A stretch of 64,000 nt of DNA from Escherichia phage ELT1: the sequence record MZ892903.1. One strand, given 5' to 3'. The first letter of the stretch is position 1. Each line of letters opens with the position of its first letter. A model generated the notes under the pieces. The model was not told the DNA's origin, did no database searches, and saw only the letters and a program-made list of their open reading frames with translations. Below, in pieces: positions 1 through 9,169 of the stretch. The position numbers were made by a program, and so were the translations under genes.

Positions 1-286
1 ATTGGTCTAGTATGCGATCAATCATTTTAATTGTGTCGGTAGGAAGTTTACTAGCATCTGGAATTGAAGGCGTGTATTTTCTACCAGAATACCCCAAATA
101 TTGCTCACCAAATTTATCAATCAAATCTGGCAACTCGGAGAAAATAAAATCGTATGCTTTGTGTCTAGCATAATTTTTAGTTTCAAAATGTGCAGAATGA
201 AAATAAGCTTGTGCAGCCATTAATAAACCTAAGTATTCATCTGCCTTTGAAGGTTTTCCACTTTGTGAAAAGTCGCTGAATTTCAT
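1..286 (-). CDS. hypothetical protein, truncated by window edge (ATG at 286 overlaps rI stop as ATGA; 3' end beyond position 1)
   Basis: Open minus-strand frame from ATG 286-284 running off the window; translation starts MKFSDFSQSGKPSKADEYLGLL; not in ORF track because incomplete. Confidence 0.4.
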   Translation of the reverse strand, partial: MKFSDFSQSGKPSKADEYLGLLMAAQAYFHSAHFETKNYARHKAYDFIFSELPDLIDKFGEQYLGYSGRKYTPSIPDASKLPTDTIKMIDRILDQ

Positions 287-576
287 TCAGTCTCCAATTT
301 AATGTTCATAATTCTAGCGTATGATTGTGCCATCTCCGCGCCTCGTTCTATACATTCAAAATCAGAAGAGCACGGGTCATTTTTATAGGTCGTTCTCATA
401 AAACTATAGAATTGTTCAGACGATTCTACGCTTTTATTTTCAAAAAGCATATAAACGTGCCTAATACCAGATTCCATAAATTTATCAAAATGAGGATCGA
501 CATTCGCTTCAATCGATGGAGATAAAACAAATGACAATCCTAGCATGGCAAAAAGTGCCGTTGCTTTTAAGGCCAT
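283..576 (-). CDS. rI: lysis inhibition regulator RI-like protein (N-terminal signal-anchor)
   Basis: 97-aa ORF with hydrophobic N-terminus, immediately downstream of tk as in T4; length matches T4 RI as recalled. Confidence 0.6.
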   Translation of the reverse strand: MALKATALFAMLGLSFVLSPSIEANVDPHFDKFMESGIRHVYMLFENKSVESSEQFYSFMRTTYKNDPCSSDFECIERGAEMAQSYARIMNIKLETE

Positions 577-588
577 AAAGGCCTCCTA

Positions 589-801
589 TCATTTTTGTCC
601 TGTATTTACTTTATGCCGATGCACGGCCTTAACTTTATCAAGGTATTTTTCAAAATTTCGCAATCTAGTATAGTCTGCCGGAGATTGGTTGAGTGATACT
701 TCTCGACGCAAAGCTGAAATAACATTTCCAACTTCCCTACGAATTTCATCTAATTGAAGAACAGTAAGATTGCGAAGTTGCTTTTCAGTTAATTGTAGCA
801 T
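589..801 (-). CDS. hypothetical protein
   Basis: 70-aa ORF between tk and rI, same strand. Confidence 0.5.
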   Translation of the reverse strand: MLQLTEKQLRNLTVLQLDEIRREVGNVISALRREVSLNQSPADYTRLRNFEKYLDKVKAVHRHKVNTGQK

Positions 802-843
802 ATATACCCCTTTAGTTAGATAAACCTATTTATAACTTTTGCA

Positions 844-1425
844 CTAACCGAGCTTTTTAGTTAATTCATTCCAATGTTTTCTGCACAAAGAAACATAAAT
901 TTCATCACCAATACAGATTTGATTACCTTCTTTAACTGGTGTTCCATCTTCCATTAATCGAGCTGTCATAATCGCTTTTTTACCGCAATGACAAACTGCC
1001 TTTAGTTCAATAAGTTTATCTGCAATCGCCAAAAGTTCTTTAGAACCTTCAAATAATTTTCCAGCGAAATCAGTCCTTAGACCATAAGCCATAACAGGAA
1101 CATTATATGTATCGACAATTCGGCTTAATTGATGTACCTGTTCAGTTTTTAAAAACTGAGCTTCATCTACAAATACACAATGAATATCTTTTTGTGCTTC
1201 AGCCCATTTATAGAACTCAAAAATATCCATATCATCCGTAATAATATTCGCTTCCTGTTTAATTCCAATGCGAGAAACGACTTCACAGACAGAATCGCGA
1301 GTATCAATAGCAGGCTTAAGAACTAATACACTCATTCCGCGTTCTTTATAATTATGTGCAGCAGTCAAAAGAGAAGCAGATTTTCCAGCATTCATTGCTG
1401 CATAAGTAAAAATTAAACTCGCCAT
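844..1425 (-). CDS. tk: thymidine kinase
   Basis: 193-aa ORF, P-loop AMNAGKSAS, Cys cluster near C-terminus typical of Tk; T4 Tk length. Confidence 0.95.
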   Translation of the reverse strand: MASLIFTYAAMNAGKSASLLTAAHNYKERGMSVLVLKPAIDTRDSVCEVVSRIGIKQEANIITDDMDIFEFYKWAEAQKDIHCVFVDEAQFLKTEQVHQLSRIVDTYNVPVMAYGLRTDFAGKLFEGSKELLAIADKLIELKAVCHCGKKAIMTARLMEDGTPVKEGNQICIGDEIYVSLCRKHWNELTKKLG

Positions 1426-1426
1426 T

Positions 1427-1615
1427 TTAGTCCTTAGTTAAATTTTCTAAATATGTTTCTAAATCATTTTCAGCTTTATCGATAGATTTTACTAATTCGT
1501 AGTATGTTTCGGCATCTCCATATTCAGAAGATATTTCAAAAGACAAATCCTTTTCTAAACTAATAATTTCACCAACTAAAAATAATATTTCGTTCTTTTG
1601 TTCGCGAGTAATCAT
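1427..1615 (-). CDS. hypothetical protein (tk-upstream small ORF)
   Basis: 62-aa ORF, ATGA-coupled to neighbour. Confidence 0.5.
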   Translation of the reverse strand: MITREQKNEILFLVGEIISLEKDLSFEISSEYGDAETYYELVKSIDKAENDLETYLENLTKD

Positions 1616-1797
1616 AAGGAATTTATATAATCAATGAGTTCTTGTTCTTTATTATCAAATTCTTTGGAAAGTTCTTCATATTCATTTGCGCTAAAAGGAC
1701 CGCATTCATCACAAACTTTTTCCAATTCACTGTTTTTATCCATAACTTCGTGGATAAGAGAAAAGAGTTTGTCTTTTTGTTCTTTGCTTAGGCTCAT
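1612..1797 (-). CDS. hypothetical protein (tk-upstream small ORF)
   Basis: 61-aa ORF, ATGA overlap at both ends. Confidence 0.5.
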   Translation of the reverse strand: MSLSKEQKDKLFSLIHEVMDKNSELEKVCDECGPFSANEYEELSKEFDNKEQELIDYINSL

Positions 1798-1967
1798 ATA
1801 TTAATTTCCAGAAGTTTTAAAATAATTCGCTTTTGCTTAAATATTTCCATAGTTAAATGATCAGTATCTTTTTGACCAATTCCAATGGCAAAACCTTTAT
1901 TAGCAGCGAGTTCAATTAAATTATCAAGTTCACGTGACACTTCATATTGTAACTCAGAACTATTCAT
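1794..1967 (-). CDS. hypothetical protein (small, about 57 aa)
   Basis: Manually translated ORF MNSSELQYEVSRELDNLIELAANKGF...; ATG 1967 overlaps upstream stop (ATGA), stop overlaps next start; below 60-aa ORF-track cutoff. Confidence 0.4.
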   Translation of the reverse strand: MNSSELQYEVSRELDNLIELAANKGFAIGIGQKDTDHLTMEIFKQKRIILKLLEINI

Positions 1968-2170
1968 TTCGGTTTACCTTCTTTAACGAAATCTGGATAA
2001 GGATAAAATCCCGAATAAAATCCTTCACATTTATGATTGATGCATCCTTTATTAGAACAATAGCACCAATAATCGAAATCACAAGCCATTTCATCGTTAC
2101 ATAAAGCAAAAACAACCGGCCATTTACACTTTTCACAATGGGCATTTTTAAGAATACTAGTTTGGCTCAT
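1964..2170 (-). CDS. small Cys-rich (putative zinc-binding) protein
   Basis: Cys-rich frame (CEKCKW...CNDEMACDFDYWCYCSNKGCINHKC); likely start at internal Met 2170 overlapping upstream stop as ATGA; ORF track gives 1964..2191. Confidence 0.45.
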   Translation of the reverse strand: MSQTSILKNAHCEKCKWPVVFALCNDEMACDFDYWCYCSNKGCINHKCEGFYSGFYPYPDFVKEGKPK

Positions 2171-2379
2171 AACCATGTAACCTTTAAGCAATATTCTTCT
2201 ACGTGCTGTTTACGACCTTTCTTATCAATAAAGGTATATTCAACGAATGTTCCAATATAATCTTTATCTACATCATGTGGACTATTAATTGGACATTTAG
2301 TACGGCAAATGCGTTCCCATTGACGAATAATTACTGCCTTATTCTTTGGGTCATACGGATGTGGATAATGTATATTCAT
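2167..2379 (-). CDS. hypothetical protein
   Basis: ORF 2167..2394; probable start at Met 2379 overlapping the macro-domain gene stop (ATGA). Confidence 0.45.
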   Translation of the reverse strand: MNIHYPHPYDPKNKAVIIRQWERICRTKCPINSPHDVDKDYIGTFVEYTFIDKKGRKQHVEEYCLKVTWL

Positions 2380-2843
2380 AATAACGGTTCCCAATCAACA
2401 ATCACAATTTCTAATTTAGAGGAATATGTATCTAAAATCCCCTCAATAATATCCCAGTTCCCTTTACCTATGCCTGCACCAATCCTAGGCATATAGATTG
2501 TAGGTTTAATCAGTTTATTTTCACCAAACTCATTTAATTCTAACATACAATTCATTAAAGCGGAATACTCAAAATTTGGCCCTGGTTGAAATTGAGTATA
2601 AAGGTTGAAGCAATACGCTTTATGAGTCCTAAAGTATTTTTCATAGACTGAGTAAGAACCAAGTTTAGTTACATCACCCCATTCAGTCTGTAGTTTATCA
2701 GCTTCCAGAATTTTAGGGAAAGCTTTGGTTAATTGACCTGCGACTCCAGCTTTCATCGTATGAAAACAATTGCATCCATGCGCAATATTTTTACCTTCAG
2801 CGAAAAGGGCGACAATATCGCCCTTGATATATTTTACAATCAT
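2376..2843 (-). CDS. tk.4: macro-domain protein (ADP-ribose binding / hydrolase-like), T4 Tk.4 position
   Basis: 155 aa; macro-like motifs (NIAHGCNCF..., GAGIGKG); sits between vs and tk as T4 tk.4. Confidence 0.65.
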   Translation of the reverse strand: MIVKYIKGDIVALFAEGKNIAHGCNCFHTMKAGVAGQLTKAFPKILEADKLQTEWGDVTKLGSYSVYEKYFRTHKAYCFNLYTQFQPGPNFEYSALMNCMLELNEFGENKLIKPTIYMPRIGAGIGKGNWDIIEGILDTYSSKLEIVIVDWEPLL

Positions 2844-3187
2844 CTAGTACTCAATCCTCGATTATAAGAATCTACCAAACGGTCAACCATTGAATGACAA
2901 GCGGCTTTATCTTTCTCCTCCGCAACTGAACATTCTAAGGTATTCCACTTTTTAGCATATCGTTTTAATAATGTATCGTTTTTGTATCTGCTTGATTTAT
3001 CTCTTTCTCCGTCTTTATATGCATATATTAATTTCTGTGCAAATTCAGCTTGGCATGCTTTATTTTTCCCACAATAATCTGCCGCAGTGCGGTTTACATA
3101 TTCTCTAATTTCAGTATATGATGTATCTGCTGACGCAGAAGCAGAAAATGAAATTAATCCTATACATAAAACCAAAATTTTAGTCAT
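2840..3187 (-). CDS. vs: small secreted protein, Vs (valyl-tRNA synthetase modifier)-like by position and length
   Basis: 115 aa, N-terminal signal peptide MTKILVLCIGLISFSASASA; between vs.1 and tk.4 as in T4; sequence identity not verified. Confidence 0.45.
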   Translation of the reverse strand: MTKILVLCIGLISFSASASADTSYTEIREYVNRTAADYCGKNKACQAEFAQKLIYAYKDGERDKSSRYKNDTLLKRYAKKWNTLECSVAEEKDKAACHSMVDRLVDSYNRGLSTR

Positions 3188-3725
3188 TTACTATTTCCAA
3201 AAGTTTATTATTTTTAAGGTAATTAGCCTTTTCTAGGACTTCAGAAGCATATTTAGAACCAGCTTTAACATTCCATCCCGAATTATAAGAGGATATTGCT
3301 TTTCTTATATCTCCCTTGTGTATATTTAACCAATAAGAAAGTTCAATGTACGCCCAGGAAGCTGAATTGGACCGTTTATTCAACATTCTTTTTATTTCAG
3401 CATCGGTCATATTATAACCAAGTTCCTTAACTCTTGCTCGCATAGTAGGCAAATAATTTTGGAACATTCCGTAGGCGTGATGCTTTGGTTTAGATTTTAA
3501 ATTAACTCCGCCAGAGCTTTCTTGCCATAAAATAGCAGCCATTATATGACCTAATCCGCTCTTGTGGATATTTTTATGTGTTTTATATTTTCCATCCTTA
3601 GAAAATTGTTCCCCGAATTGATACGCGTAACGCATGTTATCGAGTTGGACATTACTGAAAGTATGCTCGGAGCTATGTGCCATCATAGAAATGGCCAATA
3701 GACCAGCGAGTAGTGCTTTTCTCAT
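3180..3725 (-). CDS. vs.1: secreted lytic transglycosylase-like protein (vs.1-like)
   Basis: 181 aa; signal peptide MRKALLAGLLAISMMAHS; SLT-like segment (QESSGG...YGMFQ). Confidence 0.6.
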   Translation of the reverse strand: MRKALLAGLLAISMMAHSSEHTFSNVQLDNMRYAYQFGEQFSKDGKYKTHKNIHKSGLGHIMAAILWQESSGGVNLKSKPKHHAYGMFQNYLPTMRARVKELGYNMTDAEIKRMLNKRSNSASWAYIELSYWLNIHKGDIRKAISSYNSGWNVKAGSKYASEVLEKANYLKNNKLLEIVND

Positions 3726-3732
3726 GCTTACC

Positions 3733-4194
3733 TCATTGAGTTTTAATTACTGCTTTAGAAGCCTTTCCTGGTAAACGACGACTGTTAATAATTGCCATCC
3801 TGCATTGAAGCGACGGGTCTTTGAACTTCGCATTAGGTTTACAAACTGTAAATCCAAGCCAAAGATTTCCATCTGTGATTTCTAGACGTCCAGGACGATA
3901 TTCAACCCCATCAATAAAATCCTCGTCAATGTCAGGACGCGGAGGCATACTCAGGAATTCATTAACTTCTAAAACATGGTCTTTTATTTTATGGAATAAT
4001 TCAAAAACATATGTCTCATCAATCTCCCGTTGAATTGCGCGATCAAGAAGATGTTGAGAATATTTTAGATGAAACGATGAGACCCCTGCTGCTTTTGATG
4101 CCTCACGAATCTCATTGTTAATTTGACGAAACTCCGACTCAAAGTGACGACGGAGCTTATTTCGACGAATAAAAACTTCTGTGTTGATAGTCAT
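3733..4194 (-). CDS. regB: RegB sequence-specific endoribonuclease
   Basis: 153 aa (T4 RegB length); translation matches what I recall of T4 RegB; conserved position next to vs.1. Confidence 0.8.
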   Translation of the reverse strand: MTINTEVFIRRNKLRRHFESEFRQINNEIREASKAAGVSSFHLKYSQHLLDRAIQREIDETYVFELFHKIKDHVLEVNEFLSMPPRPDIDEDFIDGVEYRPGRLEITDGNLWLGFTVCKPNAKFKDPSLQCRMAIINSRRLPGKASKAVIKTQ

Positions 4195-4253
4195 GTTATT
4201 CTCCTCTTAACTGATAGAAAAATTATACCACAGTCAAGAGGAAAAGTAAACAA

Positions 4254-4532
4254 TTATTCTTTAAATCTAATCAATTTATTCATAGACTTTGAAACTTCTG
4301 CACGAACCTCATGTAGATTTTTGAGCTGTTCAAGACGCTGCTCATAGTAAGCAATTTCATCTTCTTCGAGACAGTCCTGTGAATCTTCTTTAAGATAACG
4401 TGCATAGTCCTGGAAAGCGTTACGAACTACTTCCTGGAAGTCATCAAGACTTTGAATTTTCTTAGGAGCAACAGATATACGACGAGGGGCAGTATAATAC
4501 TCATAACCAAACCCTGCGCTTAATTGAGCCAT
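4254..4532 (-). CDS. hypothetical protein
   Basis: ORF 4254..4574; probable start at Met 4532 directly abutting upstream stop. Confidence 0.45.
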   Translation of the reverse strand: MAQLSAGFGYEYYTAPRRISVAPKKIQSLDDFQEVVRNAFQDYARYLKEDSQDCLEEDEIAYYEQRLEQLKNLHEVRAEVSKSMNKLIRFKE

Positions 4533-4798
4533 TAGTATTTTTCCTCTGGTTGGAACACAGCACGGCAAGCCCACATACTGGCTTCTTTGAGTTTCGTTTT
4601 AGCAATAGTTAACTGATCGAGGCTTTCAGCATAATTCTTCGCGAATTCACAGTCTTCACAATTATCTAGTGCTTCCCAGAATTCATCGTATAAAGCATCA
4701 AAGATAAGTCCTAAACGAACTTCAGCGTCTTTAATAGCATTCACTTTACCGATTTTCTCTTCAGTATGTGGCTTATAACCCTTAATATCTTCAATCAT
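4532..4798 (-). CDS. hypothetical protein
   Basis: 88-aa ORF, acidic, CxxC pair. Confidence 0.5.
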   Translation of the reverse strand: MIEDIKGYKPHTEEKIGKVNAIKDAEVRLGLIFDALYDEFWEALDNCEDCEFAKNYAESLDQLTIAKTKLKEASMWACRAVFQPEEKY

Positions 4799-5012
4799 AT
4801 TTTACTTCCTCACCAGTACCTAAATCATATTCAACTAAACGAATAGGCTCATGAATTCCATATCCTTGAACAGAAATTTCTGTCGTGGGATAAATTCCAT
4901 CAATATCACCCATGTTCCATGCTTCGTTAAATTGCTGTTCGCCTGAATTACTAAACCATTCGGCGAAAGCATTTAGCACATCTTCAGAACCTTCAATAAT
5001 TATCTTTGCCAT
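4791..5012 (-). CDS. hypothetical protein
   Basis: 73-aa ORF abutting GrcA-like gene. Confidence 0.5.
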   Translation of the reverse strand: MAKIIIEGSEDVLNAFAEWFSNSGEQQFNEAWNMGDIDGIYPTTEISVQGYGIHEPIRLVEYDLGTGEEVKYD

Positions 5013-5374
5013 TACAAACTCTCGGTAAAGGTACGAGCGATAACGTCGCGCTGCTGTTCCGGAGTCAGAGAGTTAAAGCGAACTGCATAACCGGATACAC
5101 GGATGGTCAGCTGCGGATATTTTTCCGGATGCTTAACTGCATCTTCCAGAGTTTCACGACGCAGAACGTTAACGTTCAGGTGTTGACCACCTTCAATTTT
5201 AACTGTAGGCTGTTGCTCAATTTCAATTTCACGGGCATGCAAACCATAGAAAATTTCTGGGTCTACAAAAGAGTCCTCTTTAAAGGTTTTAGAGACAATA
5301 ATTCGTGCTTGAATACCATCTTCAAAATAAATAGTACCTTTATGTGTGCCTTCAAGAATTTGATATGCTTTCAT
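5012..5374 (-). CDS. autonomous glycyl radical cofactor (GrcA/YfiD-like; T4 Y06I-type)
   Basis: 120 aa; C-terminal ...[29 protein letters not shown] glycine-radical motif; C-terminal half matches E. coli GrcA as recalled; coding DNA visibly more GC-rich than surroundings. Confidence 0.85.
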   Translation of the reverse strand: MKAYQILEGTHKGTIYFEDGIQARIIVSKTFKEDSFVDPEIFYGLHAREIEIEQQPTVKIEGGQHLNVNVLRRETLEDAVKHPEKYPQLTIRVSGYAVRFNSLTPEQQRDVIARTFTESL

Positions 5375-5381
5375 ATAAACC

Positions 5382-5708
5382 TCAATTAGAAAATAAATTT
5401 ATCCAAGATTGTTCTTTAATTAAAAATGGCTCAGAATCATATGCCATTAAACTTTGGGTGATTAGTCCTTTAAAAGGCCCATCAATAAATTCCATGGTAA
5501 AATATGGAATTTTATTCATTAGCCGTGCATTAGGAGCAGTACACAAAACTCTGCATCCTTTGAATACGCCTTTTTGTAATTTGTATTGCTTAGGATAAAA
5601 TTCGCTCAAGACGTTGTTATTTGCCAAAATTTCAAAATGATTCACTAATTTATTTTTAATAGTTTTTGGCGAAAAATAAAGATATTCGAAAAGTTGCGTG
5701 TCTGTCAT
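5382..5708 (-). CDS. hypothetical protein
   Basis: ORF 5382..5762; probable start at Met overlapping upstream stop near 5708. Confidence 0.45.
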   Translation of the reverse strand: MTDTQLFEYLYFSPKTIKNKLVNHFEILANNNVLSEFYPKQYKLQKGVFKGCRVLCTAPNARLMNKIPYFTMEFIDGPFKGLITQSLMAYDSEPFLIKEQSWINLFSN

Positions 5709-6295
5709 CATTGCATTCCGATTATGAAAAACTGTGGACGAGTAATACCACCAATGCAGCATTTACTATTGCAACAGTGGTGCACAGTTTCAATATGAAT
5801 ATCGTAAATTTTATCCATATCAGGAGATTTGACAGGCTCATCAATTATATACAAAATCCGCGAAAGCGATAAACCTCTGAACTTGCTTCCTTTATTACCG
5901 ATAAAACTGCGCACAGAATCAGTAAATAAACGAAAACGTATATCATCATTAGAATAACGCGAAAATTCCTTTTTGATGCTATTTGCAGAAATTTTAGCGT
6001 AAGCTGAAGTATTAGAAAGAACAATAACTGTTCCACCGTCATACAACCAATTAGCGGCAAAATTAGTTACTGCAGTTGATTTACCGGATTGACGTCCACC
6101 ATCTAGTCGAAGTGTGCAATACTGCTTAAGTAAGTCTTCAAATGGCGGGATATAATCGTTTTTACAAATTTCTTCTACTCTAGCATCAGAATGGTGTGTA
6201 AAAGCATTCATCAGGGATAGATAAGGACCAGTTAAAAATGTTCTCATTTTGTTCTCTCTAGGTTTGGGCCATTCCATGGCGCATGAATTGTCCAT
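5708..6295 (-). CDS. P-loop NTPase-like hypothetical protein
   Basis: Walker A-like GGRQSGKST and Walker B-like ILYIIDE; start may be internal Met at 6247. Confidence 0.5.
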   Translation of the reverse strand: MDNSCAMEWPKPRENKMRTFLTGPYLSLMNAFTHHSDARVEEICKNDYIPPFEDLLKQYCTLRLDGGRQSGKSTAVTNFAANWLYDGGTVIVLSNTSAYAKISANSIKKEFSRYSNDDIRFRLFTDSVRSFIGNKGSKFRGLSLSRILYIIDEPVKSPDMDKIYDIHIETVHHCCNSKCCIGGITRPQFFIIGMQ

Positions 6296-6388
6296 TTCTG
6301 TATTTACCCATTACCGCACTTGGGCTCGACCTTATTACAGGTTGGCGGGAATCCCTCACAGAATCATGAGGTCCAGGTTGTTCCCATA

Positions 6389-6862
6389 TTATTTGAACGA
6401 TTTAACGTACTGAATAGAACCTTTACTATTCACGAAAGCGATTTTACCATTTTTATTATACATGGTAGCAGTACGCTGATAGCCATAAGTTTGCTTACCA
6501 GATTGATAACCAACTAATGCAAAATTATCTTCACCCATTTTATTCTGTTTAGCGCGAATGCGTTCATGACCATGTGCCATAAGAACCTTAGCATCACCAG
6601 TTGCAATGGATCGACGAGTTTTTTCATCTTCAACTGTATTAACAAAGTCGTCAAATGAATCAAATTTAGCATGAGATTTATTATACAGTTTTCCATCTAC
6701 TGCATAATTATATCCCTGTACATCCATCTCAACTTCTGTACCATCATCCAATACAGCAGTGATTTTCTGTCCTTTTTTAAATTTCAAAAGATCAGTAAAA
6801 GATTCAGCAATAATTTGAGAATTAATAGCTGCTTCAGTAATAAATTCTTGATATGTTTTCAT
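6389..6862 (-). CDS. internal head protein (IPIII/IPII-like) with capsid-targeting N-terminus
   Basis: 157 aa starting MKTYQEFITE|A, the T4 internal-protein targeting sequence with an xxE cleavage context; immediately upstream of e. Confidence 0.65.
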   Translation of the reverse strand: MKTYQEFITEAAINSQIIAESFTDLLKFKKGQKITAVLDDGTEVEMDVQGYNYAVDGKLYNKSHAKFDSFDDFVNTVEDEKTRRSIATGDAKVLMAHGHERIRAKQNKMGEDNFALVGYQSGKQTYGYQRTATMYNKNGKIAFVNSKGSIQYVKSFK

Positions 6863-6955
6863 GTGTTTCCTTTAAATGTAAATATTTTAATTGGTAATTG
6901 TCTATTCAAGTAACTGTGAATATACTATCACAATTCTAAGAGAAAGTAAACAGCT

Positions 6956-7450
<495 letters not shown>

Positions 7451-7490
7451 TCATAATACCTCCTAAGTATTTATAGAAGGTATTTATAAA

Positions 7491-7946
7491 TTAAAAGAGG
7501 TTGTTCATTATTCGGTAAAGTGAAGGACCCATCACATATTGCCACTGAGTACGAGGAATAAGAGCAAAAGCGTCCATCTCTGGAATCATAACACCATCTT
7601 TATTTTCAAAATAAGACTCACAATGGCAATTTCTAAACATCTCATGCTCTACTGGAATCGTATAATAAAATAACTGTAAGTCTTTATTACTAGAATATTT
7701 AAATACACCTAGGTCTTCTAGAAGGTCTGGATTATAATTGCTAAAACCGGTCTCTTCTAAGCATTCTCTTTTTGCAGCTTCCAGTGCATTCAAATCAGAA
7801 CTTTCTACACGTCCCTTTGGAATATCCCAGCGATGTGCCATCATTCCAGGCTTACGAGAACCAGTAACCCGACCCATAAATAAATCTTTATCTTCTGTCA
7901 TGAAGATAATACCAGCTGATAATGTTTTCATTTTAATTTCCTGCAT
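7491..7946 (-). CDS. nudE: Nudix hydrolase NudE (e.1)
   Basis: Nudix box ...KRECLEETGF...; adjacent to e; alternative start Met at 7931 (ATGA-coupled). Confidence 0.85.
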   Translation of the reverse strand: MQEIKMKTLSAGIIFMTEDKDLFMGRVTGSRKPGMMAHRWDIPKGRVESSDLNALEAAKRECLEETGFSNYNPDLLEDLGVFKYSSNKDLQLFYYTIPVEHEMFRNCHCESYFENKDGVMIPEMDAFALIPRTQWQYVMGPSLYRIMNNLF

Positions 7947-8119
7947 TCAGTGATAAAGTTATTTAAATTTTGAGCATATTTCTTTTCATCAAAAATCTTT
8001 TGCTGTCTGCGTAAACGCCATGGCATTTCAATGAACATACGCCATATTCCTGATAATACTGCTGCTGTAAAAATATTAACAAGTATAGTTAAAAGAACCC
8101 AATCTCCTATTCTGTCCAT
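7928..8119 (-). CDS. small membrane protein
   Basis: 63 aa with one hydrophobic helix. Confidence 0.45.
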   Translation of the reverse strand: MDRIGDWVLLTILVNIFTAAVLSGIWRMFIEMPWRLRRQQKIFDEKKYAQNLNNFITECRKLK

Positions 8120-8415
8120 TGGATTTTTATAAAAAAGTAAAATACGAACGATGATATAGGAAGACTAATGATATACCACAGAATAACCTTCTTATCTGTG
8201 AACCAATCGGCATTCGTTAACTTAGCGCGACCATTTTGAATACACACGAATTTATCATCTGTTACAGTAAATGGTTTAGCTGCTTGATATCCCATTCTAA
8301 ACTCCCTAATTAATCGTTTCTTTGTATCTTCGGAACAACCATTCCAATCAACTCTATCAACTGAAATGCCATCATCCCCATCATCTAAATCATACCAGCG
8401 AGTTTTTAAAATCAT
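8107..8415 (-). CDS. hypothetical protein with C-terminal transmembrane anchor
   Basis: 102 aa; ATGA overlap with upstream gene. Confidence 0.45.
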   Translation of the reverse strand: MILKTRWYDLDDGDDGISVDRVDWNGCSEDTKKRLIREFRMGYQAAKPFTVTDDKFVCIQNGRAKLTNADWFTDKKVILWYIISLPISSFVFYFFIKIQWTE

Positions 8416-8774
8416 TTAATTTTCCTGCAATCGCTCACAAACTCTTTCATTGATTCATTTTCAATATAAGACATGTAGCTATTATATTCTTTTAATTGTA
8501 TTTTGTAATCCTTTTTTCTTTGCCAATTTATTTTAAAATTATCATAATGAAAATATAACATAGTACCAAAGAATGAAAACAATGAAATAATTTTAGTATA
8601 ACAAAGCTCACTCCAAACTTCTGTTATATTTACTGTGTCGTCGATGTTTAAAATAAGACAGTCAATTAACAATCCAAAAATACTACCTGCAAGAGCTGCA
8701 GCCAACGCCACAGCAAAAATTAAAAATGACTCAGGACGCGAATATTTGACTTTATTTAGTTTTGGCTTTTGCAT
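8412..8774 (-). CDS. membrane protein
   Basis: 120 aa, two predicted TM helices. Confidence 0.45.
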   Translation of the reverse strand: MQKPKLNKVKYSRPESFLIFAVALAAALAGSIFGLLIDCLILNIDDTVNITEVWSELCYTKIISLFSFFGTMLYFHYDNFKINWQRKKDYKIQLKEYNSYMSYIENESMKEFVSDCRKIK

Positions 8775-9169
8775 CGTGATTCCTTAACAAATTTCATAAT
8801 TTCATCAAATTCATACGCAGCAAGTTTAAGCTGGTGTTCCTTTTTAATCTTTTTACACTGTGCTTTCCAATCACGTACACGTTTACGATAGTGTCTTCCT
8901 TGATACCAGTATCCTATCCAATTTATAGGTACTAATAAAAGCGGAACTACAAATGGAAGAATTAATACTAACAAAAATATTACGCCAGATTCAATATCAG
9001 TCATAAAGTCTATAACCATTCCAACATTCAATAGAATTACAAATGATATAGCTGTCACAGGACCTGCTAATACGTCAGTAGGAATTAACTGGCGCTTTAG
9101 TTCATACTTTAAAGGTTTACTTGGAAGGTATAGTGATGGCTTTGACATATTCTCTACATTCCTTAACAA
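8756..9169 (-). CDS. membrane protein
   Basis: 137 aa, multiple hydrophobic helices. Confidence 0.45.
   Translation of the reverse strand: MLRNVENMSKPSLYLPSKPLKYELKRQLIPTDVLAGPVTAISFVILLNVGMVIDFMTDIESGVIFLLVLILPFVVPLLLVPINWIGYWYQGRHYRKRVRDWKAQCKKIKKEHQLKLAAYEFDEIMKFVKESRCKSQN

Noticed and set aside
1960-2145. Alternative-frame hydrophobic ORF overlapping the Cys-rich ORF
   Set aside because: The other frame (1964..2170) fits the ATGA translational-coupling chain at both ends; this frame does not
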